Part shown: positions 10,513-21,703 of the stretch, one piece after another | Numbering within the stretch: position 1 is the first letter of the stretch | Layout of the letters: each line of letters begins with the position of its first letter | NCBI GenBank assembly: GCA_934621385.1 | Contig: CAKTUI010000005.1 | Location: 8,109-72,108, forward strand | Reading direction: 5' to 3' | Origin: an uncultured Kiritimatiellota bacterium | GTDB lineage: Bacteria; Verrucomicrobiota; Kiritimatiellia; RFP12; UBA1067 | Length of the DNA stretch: 64,000 bases | Notes under the pieces: generated by a model | The model's input: the letters and a program-made list of their open reading frames with translations, nothing else | Databases searched by the model: none | What the model was told of the DNA's origin: nothing | Program-made: the position numbers and the translations under genes

Positions 10513-11166
10513 TTAGTTGTAGTAGGAGAAATGCCGCTCTAACCGCTCCATCGCCCAAGCGACAAGATAGTTGAAGATGTAGTAGAAGACCCCGGCGGCG
10601 ATCAGCGGCACCATCGTCGTATGCGCGGCGGCGGCCATTTTCGCAACGGTGAACATCTCCATGACGGAAAGCGTAAAGGCGAGCGACGTGTCCTTCACAA
10701 GCGTGATGACTTCATTCGTCACCGGCGGCAGAATCCGCTTCAAAACCTGCGGAAAGATGACACTGACGAAGGTCCGAGCCTTGCCAATCCCAAGCGAGGA
10801 GGCCGCCTCGTACTGCCCATGGTCAATGGATTCGATACCCGCCCGGTAGATTTCGGCAAAATAGGCCGCATAATTCAGCGAAAAGGCAACGACCGCACCC
10901 ACCAACGGAGAATAACCCGAAAGCGAAACGCGAAAGATATAGTAGGGACCAAAATAAATGAACAGGAGCTGAAGCATCAGCGGCGTTCCCCGCATCACGG
11001 AGATGTAGATGCGCAAGACCTGCCGCACAACGGGATTCGACGACAAACGGCCAAAGGCAATGGCAAGCCCAAGAGGAAGCGCAAACAAAAGCGTGAGGAA
11101 AAAGAGCTCGGCAGAGACGCCGAGCCCCTTCAGCAAACCGAGGATCATCCCCGTGTAGTCCATCAT
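10513..11166 (-). CDS. amino-acid ABC transporter permease
   Basis: 217 aa with a polar-amino-acid permease EAA loop (YEAASSLGIGKARTFVSVIFPQ). Confidence 0.9.
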   Translation of the reverse strand: MMDYTGMILGLLKGLGVSAELFFLTLLFALPLGLAIAFGRLSSNPVVRQVLRIYISVMRGTPLMLQLLFIYFGPYYIFRVSLSGYSPLVGAVVAFSLNYAAYFAEIYRAGIESIDHGQYEAASSLGIGKARTFVSVIFPQVLKRILPPVTNEVITLVKDTSLAFTLSVMEMFTVAKMAAAAHTTMVPLIAAGVFYYIFNYLVAWAMERLERHFSYYN

Positions 11167-11173
11167 CCGTACG

Positions 11174-11956
11174 TTACCTCAGCGTGATGACGTCCTTGCC
11201 GTCAAACCACTTGGCGGAAATCTTCGCCGCCGTACCGTCCTTCACCATCTCACGAAGGGTCTCGACGACCTGATCGCGCAGGGCATCATTCCCCTTACGG
11301 AAGCCGATTCCGTATGTCTCGGTCATCACGATTTCGTCGAGTTGCGTGAACTTGCCCGGCATATCGGACATTTTCTTCTTTGCAACGCCAATGTCGAGGG
11401 CCACCGCATCCACCGCTCCCGACTCCAGGGCCATGACGGCGGAGTTATAGTCCGCCGTCGTGCGAAGTTCCTTGAAGGTCTTGCCGAGGGCCTCCCGATC
11501 GCCACCCGCCATCAGAGCCTTCTGGACGGGCGTATCCGTCTGGACGGCCACCGTGCGCCCGGCGAGGTCGGCGAGCGTACGAATCGGTGAACCGACCTTG
11601 ACGATGACGACCTGCGAATTGTCCACATAGGCGGGACTCCAGGTGTAGTTTTCCTCACGCCCCTGCATCGTGAAGCCATTCCAGATGCAGTCAATTTTCG
11701 AGGAGGCGAGCTGCATATCCTTCGCGTCCCAGTTAATCGGGCACGCAACGAATTCCCACCCCCTCCGCTTGCAGACCTCACGGGCGAGGTCAAGGTCAAA
11801 GCCCTTGTACTCCGTCCCGTCCTTGAAACCATAAGGAGGGAACTCGGCATCGAAACCGACGATGAACTTGCCATCCGTCAGCGTCGAACGCTGTGAGCAT
11901 CCAGCCAGAACAAGCCCCGCGACCGCCGCGAGCAGCCCAATCGTCAATCTCTTCAT
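11174..11956 (-). CDS. amino-acid ABC transporter substrate-binding lipoprotein
   Basis: Lipobox LAGC and family-3 SBP pattern (GFDLDLAREVCKR, IDCIWNGFT). No ATPase gene is adjacent. Confidence 0.9.
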   Translation of the reverse strand: MKRLTIGLLAAVAGLVLAGCSQRSTLTDGKFIVGFDAEFPPYGFKDGTEYKGFDLDLAREVCKRRGWEFVACPINWDAKDMQLASSKIDCIWNGFTMQGREENYTWSPAYVDNSQVVIVKVGSPIRTLADLAGRTVAVQTDTPVQKALMAGGDREALGKTFKELRTTADYNSAVMALESGAVDAVALDIGVAKKKMSDMPGKFTQLDEIVMTETYGIGFRKGNDALRDQVVETLREMVKDGTAAKISAKWFDGKDVITLR

Positions 11957-12005
11957 GCCAAGCTCCCTTTCCTTACTTATTATTTATTGGAATCGCGTCA
12001 GATGA

Positions 12006-12887
12006 TTAGAAGCTGAAGGTCAAGCCAACGCCACCCCACGCAAAATCCTTGCACTCGCCATAGGCATGGCGATCGAGCACATCACAGTTGTCGCGCAGGT
12101 CGGGGTCGATAATCGAGCAGTAGGCGACCTTTGCGAAGATACCGATGTTCGGCGTGAACATGTACGTCGCGTCAAGCTCCAGCTTCATCGTCGCAATGCC
12201 GCTGTTCGTGCCACCATTCGTCTTGCCGAAGCCGGTCGGGAAGCACCAGTTGTAGCGGCTTTCGCGCCAAACGAACTCAAGAATCGGGCAGAGCTGGAAG
12301 TTATCGGTCACCTGCCAGGGTTTCCGCACACCGAACTGCAGGAGGTTCGCCTTGTTCTCATGATACTCGCGCACGACATTGATGTACGGAATCACATACG
12401 GGTTGACGAGGGCGAACGAGTGGTTGAAGTCCATCGTCGTATCCGTCTTGCCGTACGGCTTGTTGCGCTGATAGAGGTGATGGGGGTAGTAGTACCACAC
12501 AACCGACGCACGATAGTCGAGACCCCAGGTCTTCTCGTCGTCAAACCAGAACGTCTTGCCCCAGTGGACGTTGAAGTCAAACTCGTTGAAGATGCGCCCA
12601 TAGTTGTTCTTGCGCTCGCACGTGAGGTCGGAGTTGTTCCACACGCCAGCACCGAGATAGCCGAGATCCCACGGAATGTTGACATTCAGTTCGAAGTAGC
12701 CCTGCAATGTCGGTTCACGGTTCACGAGCGACCCGTAGAGCTGATAGCCGGAGTAAATGCCGTAGTTGCCGAAGCCCCAAATCGGCAAGCCGTCATCCAC
12801 CGGTTCGTCATTGGTCGACTCCACCTCAGACGCAGCATACGCGCACATCGACGCCGCCGCACACATCGCAATCAACAGTTTTTTCAT
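12006..12887 (-). CDS. outer-membrane beta-barrel protein, function unknown
   Basis: Start set to ATG 12887 (MKKLLIAMCAAASMCAYA signal peptide). Aromatic-rich alternating strands and a C-terminal GLTFSF. Confidence 0.5.
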   Translation of the reverse strand: MKKLLIAMCAAASMCAYAASEVESTNDEPVDDGLPIWGFGNYGIYSGYQLYGSLVNREPTLQGYFELNVNIPWDLGYLGAGVWNNSDLTCERKNNYGRIFNEFDFNVHWGKTFWFDDEKTWGLDYRASVVWYYYPHHLYQRNKPYGKTDTTMDFNHSFALVNPYVIPYINVVREYHENKANLLQFGVRKPWQVTDNFQLCPILEFVWRESRYNWCFPTGFGKTNGGTNSGIATMKLELDATYMFTPNIGIFAKVAYCSIIDPDLRDNCDVLDRHAYGECKDFAWGGVGLTFSF

Positions 12888-13052
12888 TGTATTTTGCCTA
12901 ATGGTTAATATGTGGTTAACAGGATGGTGGTATAGTATATCATTTACGGTAGGCGTATACAAGCACCAGCCAGCCATCAGTCATACGAATCCCGTTTTCG
13001 CCTATTCCATGGCATCAGCCAAACTGCCGCGCCCCCCCTACGACCCACATAA

Positions 13053-13089
13053 GTCCCAACTGCAACTCAAACGAGTCCTAACTGCAACT
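13053..13089. repeat. direct repeat GTCC(C/T)AACTGCAACT x2, 22-bp period
   Basis: Read directly at 13053-13067 and 13075-13089. Confidence 0.85.
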
Positions 13090-13145
13090 TACAAAAGTTT
13101 CAAGTTCGCGGACAAAGGGGGGCACGAAAAGGAACTGTGCTTGGG

Positions 13146-13224
13146 ATGCGCAACCCGACACCTTTAGGTTGCGCAACCTAAGCCCCTCGACTTGCGCAAC
13201 CTAACACCTTCGACTTGCGCATCC
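13146..13224. repeat. four-unit tandem array, exact 23-bp period, core (A/T)TGCGCA(A/T)CC
   Basis: Cores start at 13146, 13169, 13192 and 13215 (atgcgcaacc, ttgcgcaacc, ttgcgcaacc, ttgcgcatcc). Spacers resemble ctaaNNccYtcgac. Confidence 0.9.
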
Positions 13225-13375
13225 CCCCCTCCCCGTGGTTCCATTCCGTGCACGGGACGCTCCATCACTCCGCCGCCCACGGCTTCGTCTTACACAATTG
13301 AAAACCATAAAACGCCCAAACTACACGCTTATCAGACCAAAAAGCAAAGGAATGGCGGAAACTCAGAATTGGCCG

Positions 13376-13405
13376 TTGACAGCCTTTCCGAAATCATGGT
13401 ATACT
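13376..13405 (+). promoter_or_regulatory. sigma70-type promoter of tRNA-Val
   Basis: TTGACA, 18 nt, TATACT. The -10 box is followed by ATGCGC and lies 14 nt upstream of the tRNA 5' end. Confidence 0.55.
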
Positions 13406-13419
13406 ATGCGCACTTTTTC

Positions 13420-13496
13420 GGGCTATTAGCTCAGTTGGTTAGAGCGCTTCCTTGACATGGAAGAGGTCAGTGGTTCGAATCCACTATAGCCCACCA
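13420..13496 (+). tRNA. tRNA-Val (anticodon GAC), CCA encoded
   Basis: Folded by hand: acceptor GGGCTAT/ATAGCCC, D arm GCTC-AGTTGGTTA-GAGC, anticodon arm CTTCC-TTGACAT-GGAAG, T arm AGTGG-TTCGAAT-CCACT, discriminator A, then CCA. Confidence 0.92.
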
Positions 13497-13511
13497 TTCC
13501 CGAAGGTTCAG

Positions 13512-13538
13512 AAGACCGCCGTTTGAGCGGTCTTTTTG
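13512..13538 (+). terminator. intrinsic terminator after tRNA-Val
   Basis: AGACCGC-CGTTTGA-GCGGTCT followed by TTTTTG. Confidence 0.65.
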
Positions 13539-13611
13539 CTTTTATGCGACCTATCGTCCTAAAAATGGAAGATATCCGACAGGCTCGTCGCCTTGCGACG
13601 AATACGCCGCG

Positions 13612-14454
13612 TCAGAGTTCTGAAATGAGTACCGACGTTCCCGCCGGCAGAAGCATTTCAAGTTCCGCCCGTTCAGGAGCCGAGAGGGCAATACCCTTCT
13701 CCGAAAGGAACGACCGCAGGCGATCGGGCGTTTCATAGGCTCCCTCGCCACCAGTAACCGGGGCCGCCAGGTAGTAGCGCTTGAAAAACTTGCCGTTGAG
13801 CGAAAGGTCGGCGATTCGCGTCCGCCGCCGCACGACAAGGTTGAATCGCGGATGATCCAGCACTTTCAGTTTCTGCCCGACGAACACCTTCTCGACATCC
13901 ACGCCATTGAGACGCTGGAGCGAGGCAAGCGTCGAACCGTGCTCCCGTGCAATGCGCGAGGCCGAATCGCCGCGCCGCACGACGACATCCGCCACCCACT
14001 GCCCGCTTTTCAGGACAAAGAGCCTGCGGATGTTCAGCACACCCAACCGCCGCGCCAACTTGTCGTCAATGTCGGCCGCCGGTGTCCCGGGCAGGGCGCG
14101 GATCTGCTCGATGGTCGAGATTGCCAACTCGACGTCATGCCGCTTCTCGGCCTCCTCCAAACGCATCAGCAGATTCCGCACCTTCACAGGGCGGCGGTCG
14201 ACCTCCGAAACGACCAATTTCGGCGCGGGCGGCAAGTCGACCGGCTTCGGCGGGGCGGGCGGAACCGGTGCAACGACTTCAGTTTCCGCCTGCCGTTCCG
14301 CCCGATGGCTCCGAATTCGACGGGTGATTGTCACGCCAAGCGAAATCAGGGCTACGAGGAAAACCAGGGCGAACGCCCAGAGAAGCCACGGCCTGTCGGC
14401 ATCGGGCTTCACCGGGTTGTATTCAATCCCGAACTTTCCCCGTTCGAAGGACAT
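13612..14454 (-). CDS. LysM domain membrane-anchored protein
   Basis: N-terminal TM (WLLWAFALVFLVALISLGV), Pro-rich linker and a LysM-like segment (VVVRRGDSASRIAREHGSTLASLQRLNGV...VGQKLKV). Confidence 0.7.
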   Translation of the reverse strand: MSFERGKFGIEYNPVKPDADRPWLLWAFALVFLVALISLGVTITRRIRSHRAERQAETEVVAPVPPAPPKPVDLPPAPKLVVSEVDRRPVKVRNLLMRLEEAEKRHDVELAISTIEQIRALPGTPAADIDDKLARRLGVLNIRRLFVLKSGQWVADVVVRRGDSASRIAREHGSTLASLQRLNGVDVEKVFVGQKLKVLDHPRFNLVVRRRTRIADLSLNGKFFKRYYLAAPVTGGEGAYETPDRLRSFLSEKGIALSAPERAELEMLLPAGTSVLISEL

Positions 14455-14458
14455 CGCG

Positions 14459-17110
<2,652 letters not shown>

Positions 17111-17130
<20 letters not shown>

Positions 17131-17293
17131 CGCTTTCCGCTTCGCGGCCGGTGCGCTTGCCGCCGTTGTACTGACGCTCCTGTCGGGATGCATCGCCGAC
17201 ACGGCGGAAGACTCGGATTTGCCATGGGCCTCGAACAACTCGTGGGAAGGCATGGCACCGATTGCGCCGTCCATGATGAACCAATATGATTGA
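17111..17293 (+). CDS. small lipoprotein (60 aa)
   Basis: The internal ATG at 17111 gives MSSSQTNAFRFAAGALAAVVLTLLSGC with lipobox LLSGC. It overlaps both neighbouring genes by a few codons. Confidence 0.45.
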
Positions 17294-18224
17294 GTCAAGA
17301 ACCTTATTCGTGGACAAAGGCGGCGTCCGATTGGACGCCGCTTTGCTTACCGCCTTCCCAACCTCAAGCCGCGCCTTTATCCGGGAAGCGATTCGGGATG
17401 GGGAGATTCTTCTTAACGGACGCGTCGCGGCAAAAGGCGTCAAGTTGCATGGCGGCGAAACGATTCTCGTCAAGTCTCTCGCGGAGGCGGCGGACAATCT
17501 GGTAGCCCCCAATCCCGACATCCGCCCCCGTTGCGTCTTTGAGGACGACGCGCTCTTGGCCTACGACAAGCCGGCGGGAGTGCCCGTCCAGCCGCTTTCC
17601 CGAACCGAACGGACGACGCTGATGAATGGCGTGGTCGTTCAGCACCCGGAATGCATTCCCCTGGGCGACATGCCGCTGATGGCCGGTGCCATCCACCGAA
17701 TTGACGCGGACACCTCGGGGCTTGTCCTCGTGGCGCGGACCGCTTCCGCATTTGAGAACCTACGCGCACAGTTTGCCGCGCAGACCGTCCAGAAGACCTA
17801 TCTTGCGCTTGTCGAGGGATCTTTCTCCGTCGGTGGAACTCTTGAGCACGACCTGATTCACGATCCGACGCTCCCCTTCTGCCGAATGATTGATGCCCAT
17901 CACAACCGCCTGACAACCTCCATGCGACAGAAACTGAGACCCCTCCATGCGGTCACACGGTTTCTCCCCATCGCCCATACGACGGACGAAAACGAGGAGC
18001 GGACGCTTCTGGAGGTGACAATCTTCACGGGCGTGACGCATCAGATTCGCGCACAGTTGGCTCTCGCGGGAATGCACATCGTGAACGACCGTCTCTACGG
18101 GGCGTTTGCCGTCGAGGGATTGGAGGGGCACTGCCTACACGCACTCGCGGCAAAATTCACGCACCCGACCTCGGGCGTGGAGACCGAGATTCGTACGCCG
18201 TTCCCCTTCTGGGCGAACTTCTGA
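17286..18224 (+). CDS. RluA-family pseudouridine synthase (RluD-like, with S4 domain)
   Basis: Catalytic motif HRIDADTSGLVLVART and an N-terminal S4-like RLD..L segment. Confidence 0.85.
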   Translation: MIESRTLFVDKGGVRLDAALLTAFPTSSRAFIREAIRDGEILLNGRVAAKGVKLHGGETILVKSLAEAADNLVAPNPDIRPRCVFEDDALLAYDKPAGVPVQPLSRTERTTLMNGVVVQHPECIPLGDMPLMAGAIHRIDADTSGLVLVARTASAFENLRAQFAAQTVQKTYLALVEGSFSVGGTLEHDLIHDPTLPFCRMIDAHHNRLTTSMRQKLRPLHAVTRFLPIAHTTDENEERTLLEVTIFTGVTHQIRAQLALAGMHIVNDRLYGAFAVEGLEGHCLHALAAKFTHPTSGVETEIRTPFPFWANF

Positions 18225-18237
18225 GGGCTACGCGTCC

Positions 18238-19359
18238 TCACTCCGCACGGACGTGAGCAATCTGGCAGGCGCGTCCATGCGTTCCCTTGACGATGCCGCG
18301 CCCAAAGAAGAAGAGCTCCGTCGGATCAAATCCCGGCTTGTTGTGGATGTCCACATGGGCGGCGTAGTCCGGAGCCTCGCGGTCATCCGTCCACCACTTG
18401 TACTCGCACCAGGATCCACTCTTCGCCAAGAGAATGGTACTGCCCGGGACTGATTGCGTCGGGCGTTCGTAATCCCCCGTCTGAAGCAGGAGCGTTTCCG
18501 CTTCCTGTGCCGAAGGGCCGTAAATCACGCAGAACTCATGGTCGCACATCGCGAACGCCCGCGACTGGTAGAAATCGGGATAACTCAACCCACCAACCGT
18601 TCGCGTGGCGAACAAGCCTGCCTTCCGAAGCACGACATTCGGACGGACAGGGGGTAGCGTCACATCCGTGATGTCGTAGTCCCCAAGCACGTCAAGTGCC
18701 GCGCCCCGCCGCTGGGCAAGTTTGGCAAGACGCTCAATCTGATGACGGAACTCACGCACCGCCGCCGCAGCCTGCGCACTCGAAGGACCATACTTCTGCG
18801 CGGCATAATCGAGCGTCGGGAGATAAAGGTAGGCCTCCTCGACATCATGGGCGTTCGTCATCTCCTCAAAATAGGAAATGCACTTTCGACCAATGCGCGG
18901 CGAAGCGAGCGGACCCCAGTAACGCCAAAGGGGGAACTTTCCACAGAGCCGCCGAAGGACACCCTCCATCCCCGTCGGTTTCGTGTAGCACGACATGACC
19001 ATGCCGCCCCCATGCTTGTGAATGGGCGCGGGGGAGATCAGAAGTTCCACATCCTCGCCCAGCGACTGCTGGAAGAAGAAAACCCCCGTCGACCGTCCCC
19101 AAATGCGTGGCCCCTGCACAAGCCGCGCACTCTGCTCCCAGAAAATCGGCTTGCGCAAATCGTCCATCCAGTGACCATTTGAGACGATGCCATGTCGTTC
19201 GGGGGGCAGACCCGTCCGCAGGGTCGCCTGCGCAACACATGTCACCGCCGGGAAGACGCTCGGCCTGGGTTCGAAGTGAAGCCCCGCCACGGATTCAAGT
19301 CCGTGCCGCTCCACGAGATTCCATCCCAAACCCGCCGCAATGACCGTCAGTTTTCTCAT
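18238..19359 (-). CDS. alkaline-phosphatase superfamily protein (nucleotide pyrophosphatase/phosphodiesterase type)
   Basis: FPAVTCVAQATLRTGLPPERHGIVSNG matches the NPP nucleophile-Thr region. 4-nt overlap with the upstream UbiA gene. Confidence 0.7.
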   Translation of the reverse strand: MRKLTVIAAGLGWNLVERHGLESVAGLHFEPRPSVFPAVTCVAQATLRTGLPPERHGIVSNGHWMDDLRKPIFWEQSARLVQGPRIWGRSTGVFFFQQSLGEDVELLISPAPIHKHGGGMVMSCYTKPTGMEGVLRRLCGKFPLWRYWGPLASPRIGRKCISYFEEMTNAHDVEEAYLYLPTLDYAAQKYGPSSAQAAAAVREFRHQIERLAKLAQRRGAALDVLGDYDITDVTLPPVRPNVVLRKAGLFATRTVGGLSYPDFYQSRAFAMCDHEFCVIYGPSAQEAETLLLQTGDYERPTQSVPGSTILLAKSGSWCEYKWWTDDREAPDYAAHVDIHNKPGFDPTELFFFGRGIVKGTHGRACQIAHVRAE

Positions 19360-20120
19360 GATGCACTTACCCCAGGAAGGACACGCCTAAGCAGGCGAAG
19401 AGCCAACAAAAGAAAGGCCCCCGTCACCAAGAAAGGCCGAATAGGGAAGAGGACAAGAACGAGCAACTGAAGGTAAATCAGGCTACCAATCAGAATGCCG
19501 ACCATCCGACGCTTCATCGGATTCGCCTCCTCCCCTTCCGAATACCTCGTGATTCCGGCGACGGACAGCGTCCAGAGGATGAAAAGTCCAACGACAACCA
19601 GAAGCTGCCCGCCGGTTAGGCGCAGGAATTCGGAGAACGGAGACAAGACGACGACTCCACACAGGAAGTTCAGTCCGCGGCAAAGCCCCATCAAAAACCA
19701 CGCCTTCGTTCGGTTGTAGACGACGATGGACGCGACGAGCGCACACATGGTCACCCACCAGGCGGGCGGCAAGTCAGCCGCCGCGCCGACGAGAAGGACC
19801 AGTCCAAGGCACAGTCCACGCGCAAGCCGTGCCGCGCCAACCGAAATCTCCCCCGCTGGAATCGGGCGTTCGGGGCCATCCGTTTTCGCCCCGACAATGT
19901 CATTATCCGCAAGACCGAAGAGATAGGCGGCAACGGCAGAAAGCGCGGCAAGAAAGACGCGGGTGACAACAACACCATTTCCCCCGCCACCCAAAAGCGT
20001 CCACACAACCGCCGCGCCGGCAAGCACATCGCCAGGTACGGTCGGTAGGTTCACCACCCGAAAGAACTTCAGCCAGGGTTTCACATCAATTGGCCGATGT
20101 CTTCTGGGCGACCGCGTCAT
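19356..20120 (-). CDS. UbiA-family prenyltransferase
   Basis: Polytopic protein with Asp-rich LADNDIVGAKTD and ERPIPAGE. Confidence 0.7.
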   Translation of the reverse strand: MTRSPRRHRPIDVKPWLKFFRVVNLPTVPGDVLAGAAVVWTLLGGGGNGVVVTRVFLAALSAVAAYLFGLADNDIVGAKTDGPERPIPAGEISVGAARLARGLCLGLVLLVGAAADLPPAWWVTMCALVASIVVYNRTKAWFLMGLCRGLNFLCGVVVLSPFSEFLRLTGGQLLVVVGLFILWTLSVAGITRYSEGEEANPMKRRMVGILIGSLIYLQLLVLVLFPIRPFLVTGAFLLLALRLLRRVLPGVSAS

Positions 20121-21681
20121 ATTCCGCGATAATCTCGTCCGATGGACGCCGCGTCAGAAGTGAGACGACGACAATCGTCAAGAAGGCGAGGACAAAGCCC
20201 GGCGCAAGTTCGTACAGGTTGAAAATCGGATGGGCCGCAACGAGATTGGGATCCGCCGCGAAGATGAACTTCCAGACGAAACAGGTCGTCGCACCAACCA
20301 CCATGCCCGCAATGGCACCCGCCAGATTCGTGCGCCGCCAAAACAGAGCCAGAAGAATCAAAGGCCCAAACGCCGCGCCAAATCCAGCCCAGGCGAAGGA
20401 CACCATCTTCATAACGACCTTGAAGAACTCGGACTGCGTGTTCATCGCGAGAATAATGGCCACCAGCGCCACCGCGCCCACGGCAATGCGCGACACGAAG
20501 ATAAGCTCGCGATTCGAGGCCTTCTTGCGCAACACAACCTTGTAGAAGTCATTGGAGAAGGAAGATGCCGAAACCAGCAGCTGGCTATCCGCCGTCGACA
20601 TAATCGCCGCCATAATCGCCGACAGCAGAATGCCCGCAAAGATGCGCACGAAGAACCCGTTCGCAAAAATGCCGTTAATCATAATCATGAACATCTTCTC
20701 GGGATCGTCCCCGACATCCGCAAGCGTCAGTCCCCGCTGCTTGAGATAGAGATGGAAGACGAGACCAATCACCGTGGCCGCAATCAGCGAAATCGAGACC
20801 CAGCTCATGGCAATGCGCCGCGACCCCTTCACCTCCGCCGGATTGTCAATGGACATAAAGCGGACGAGAATGTGCGGCATACCGAAGTAGCCAAGTCCCC
20901 ACGCAAGGCAGGAGACAAGCCCAATAAAGCCCGTCGCCTTCCCCGTCGCGGCACTTGTGAAGAGCGACTGGAGGTAAGGATTGATCTCGTTCAGTCCGTC
21001 CACCGTCGCGGCAAATCCGCCCGCCTCACAGACGACAATCGCCGGCACGAGCACAATCGCCACAAACATCAGGGCACCCTGAATGAAGTCCGTCCAGCAA
21101 ACCGCCATGTAGCCGCCGAAGAGGGTGTAGGCGACGACGACCAGTGCACCAATCCAAAGGCAGAGGTGATAACCCGTCAGCGAAAGGCCAAAAAGGTGGA
21201 CGGTGTCGGGAATTCCGAATGTTGCCGTGAACAGCTTGGCGCAGCTCACAAAGCCCGAGGCCGTGTAGAAGGTAAAGAAGACAAGGATGATGACGGCCGC
21301 GACAATTCTCGAAAGCCCCGTCGGGTCGCGAAAGCGGTTATTGATGAAGTCCGGGATGGTAATGGAGTCCTTGCAGGCATTCGAATAGACGCGTAGGCGA
21401 TGCGCCACAATCTTCCAGTTGAGATAGGTGCCAATCAGAAGACCGATGCCAATCCACGCCTCGGAAAATCCGCCGACATAAATCGCCCCCGGCAAGCCCA
21501 TCAGCAACCAACCCGACATATCCGAAGCCTGCGCAGAGAGGGCTACCACCCACTTGTTCATCCGCCGCCCGCCGAGATAGTAGTCCCCAAGCGACTCCTG
21601 CCGCTTCGAAAAGAAGAAGCCAATCCACAGCATGAGAAGCAGATAGCCGACAAACGCCCCCAGCACAATCCAGTCAATCAT
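20086..21681 (-). CDS. putP: sodium/proline symporter (SSS family)
   Basis: Start set to ATG 21681 (MIDWIVLGAFVGYLLLMLWIGFF..SLGDYYLGGRRMNKWV), a typical PutP/SSS N-terminus. 13 TM-like segments. Confidence 0.8.
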   Translation of the reverse strand: MIDWIVLGAFVGYLLLMLWIGFFFSKRQESLGDYYLGGRRMNKWVVALSAQASDMSGWLLMGLPGAIYVGGFSEAWIGIGLLIGTYLNWKIVAHRLRVYSNACKDSITIPDFINNRFRDPTGLSRIVAAVIILVFFTFYTASGFVSCAKLFTATFGIPDTVHLFGLSLTGYHLCLWIGALVVVAYTLFGGYMAVCWTDFIQGALMFVAIVLVPAIVVCEAGGFAATVDGLNEINPYLQSLFTSAATGKATGFIGLVSCLAWGLGYFGMPHILVRFMSIDNPAEVKGSRRIAMSWVSISLIAATVIGLVFHLYLKQRGLTLADVGDDPEKMFMIMINGIFANGFFVRIFAGILLSAIMAAIMSTADSQLLVSASSFSNDFYKVVLRKKASNRELIFVSRIAVGAVALVAIILAMNTQSEFFKVVMKMVSFAWAGFGAAFGPLILLALFWRRTNLAGAIAGMVVGATTCFVWKFIFAADPNLVAAHPIFNLYELAPGFVLAFLTIVVVSLLTRRPSDEIIAEYDAVAQKTSAN

Positions 21682-21703
21682 TTTACCTTTATTCCTTATT
21701 GAA

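Noticed and set aside
13420-13496. tRNA-Val as an integration hotspot for the foreign DNA.
   Set aside because: The R-M islet and prophage lie 11-15 kb away, there is no integrase, and I saw no partial tRNA repeat.
18238-20120. Calling the UbiA/phosphodiesterase pair an ebo cluster.
   Set aside because: Only two of the roughly six expected genes are present, and the neighbours are transporters and an rRNA-modification gene.
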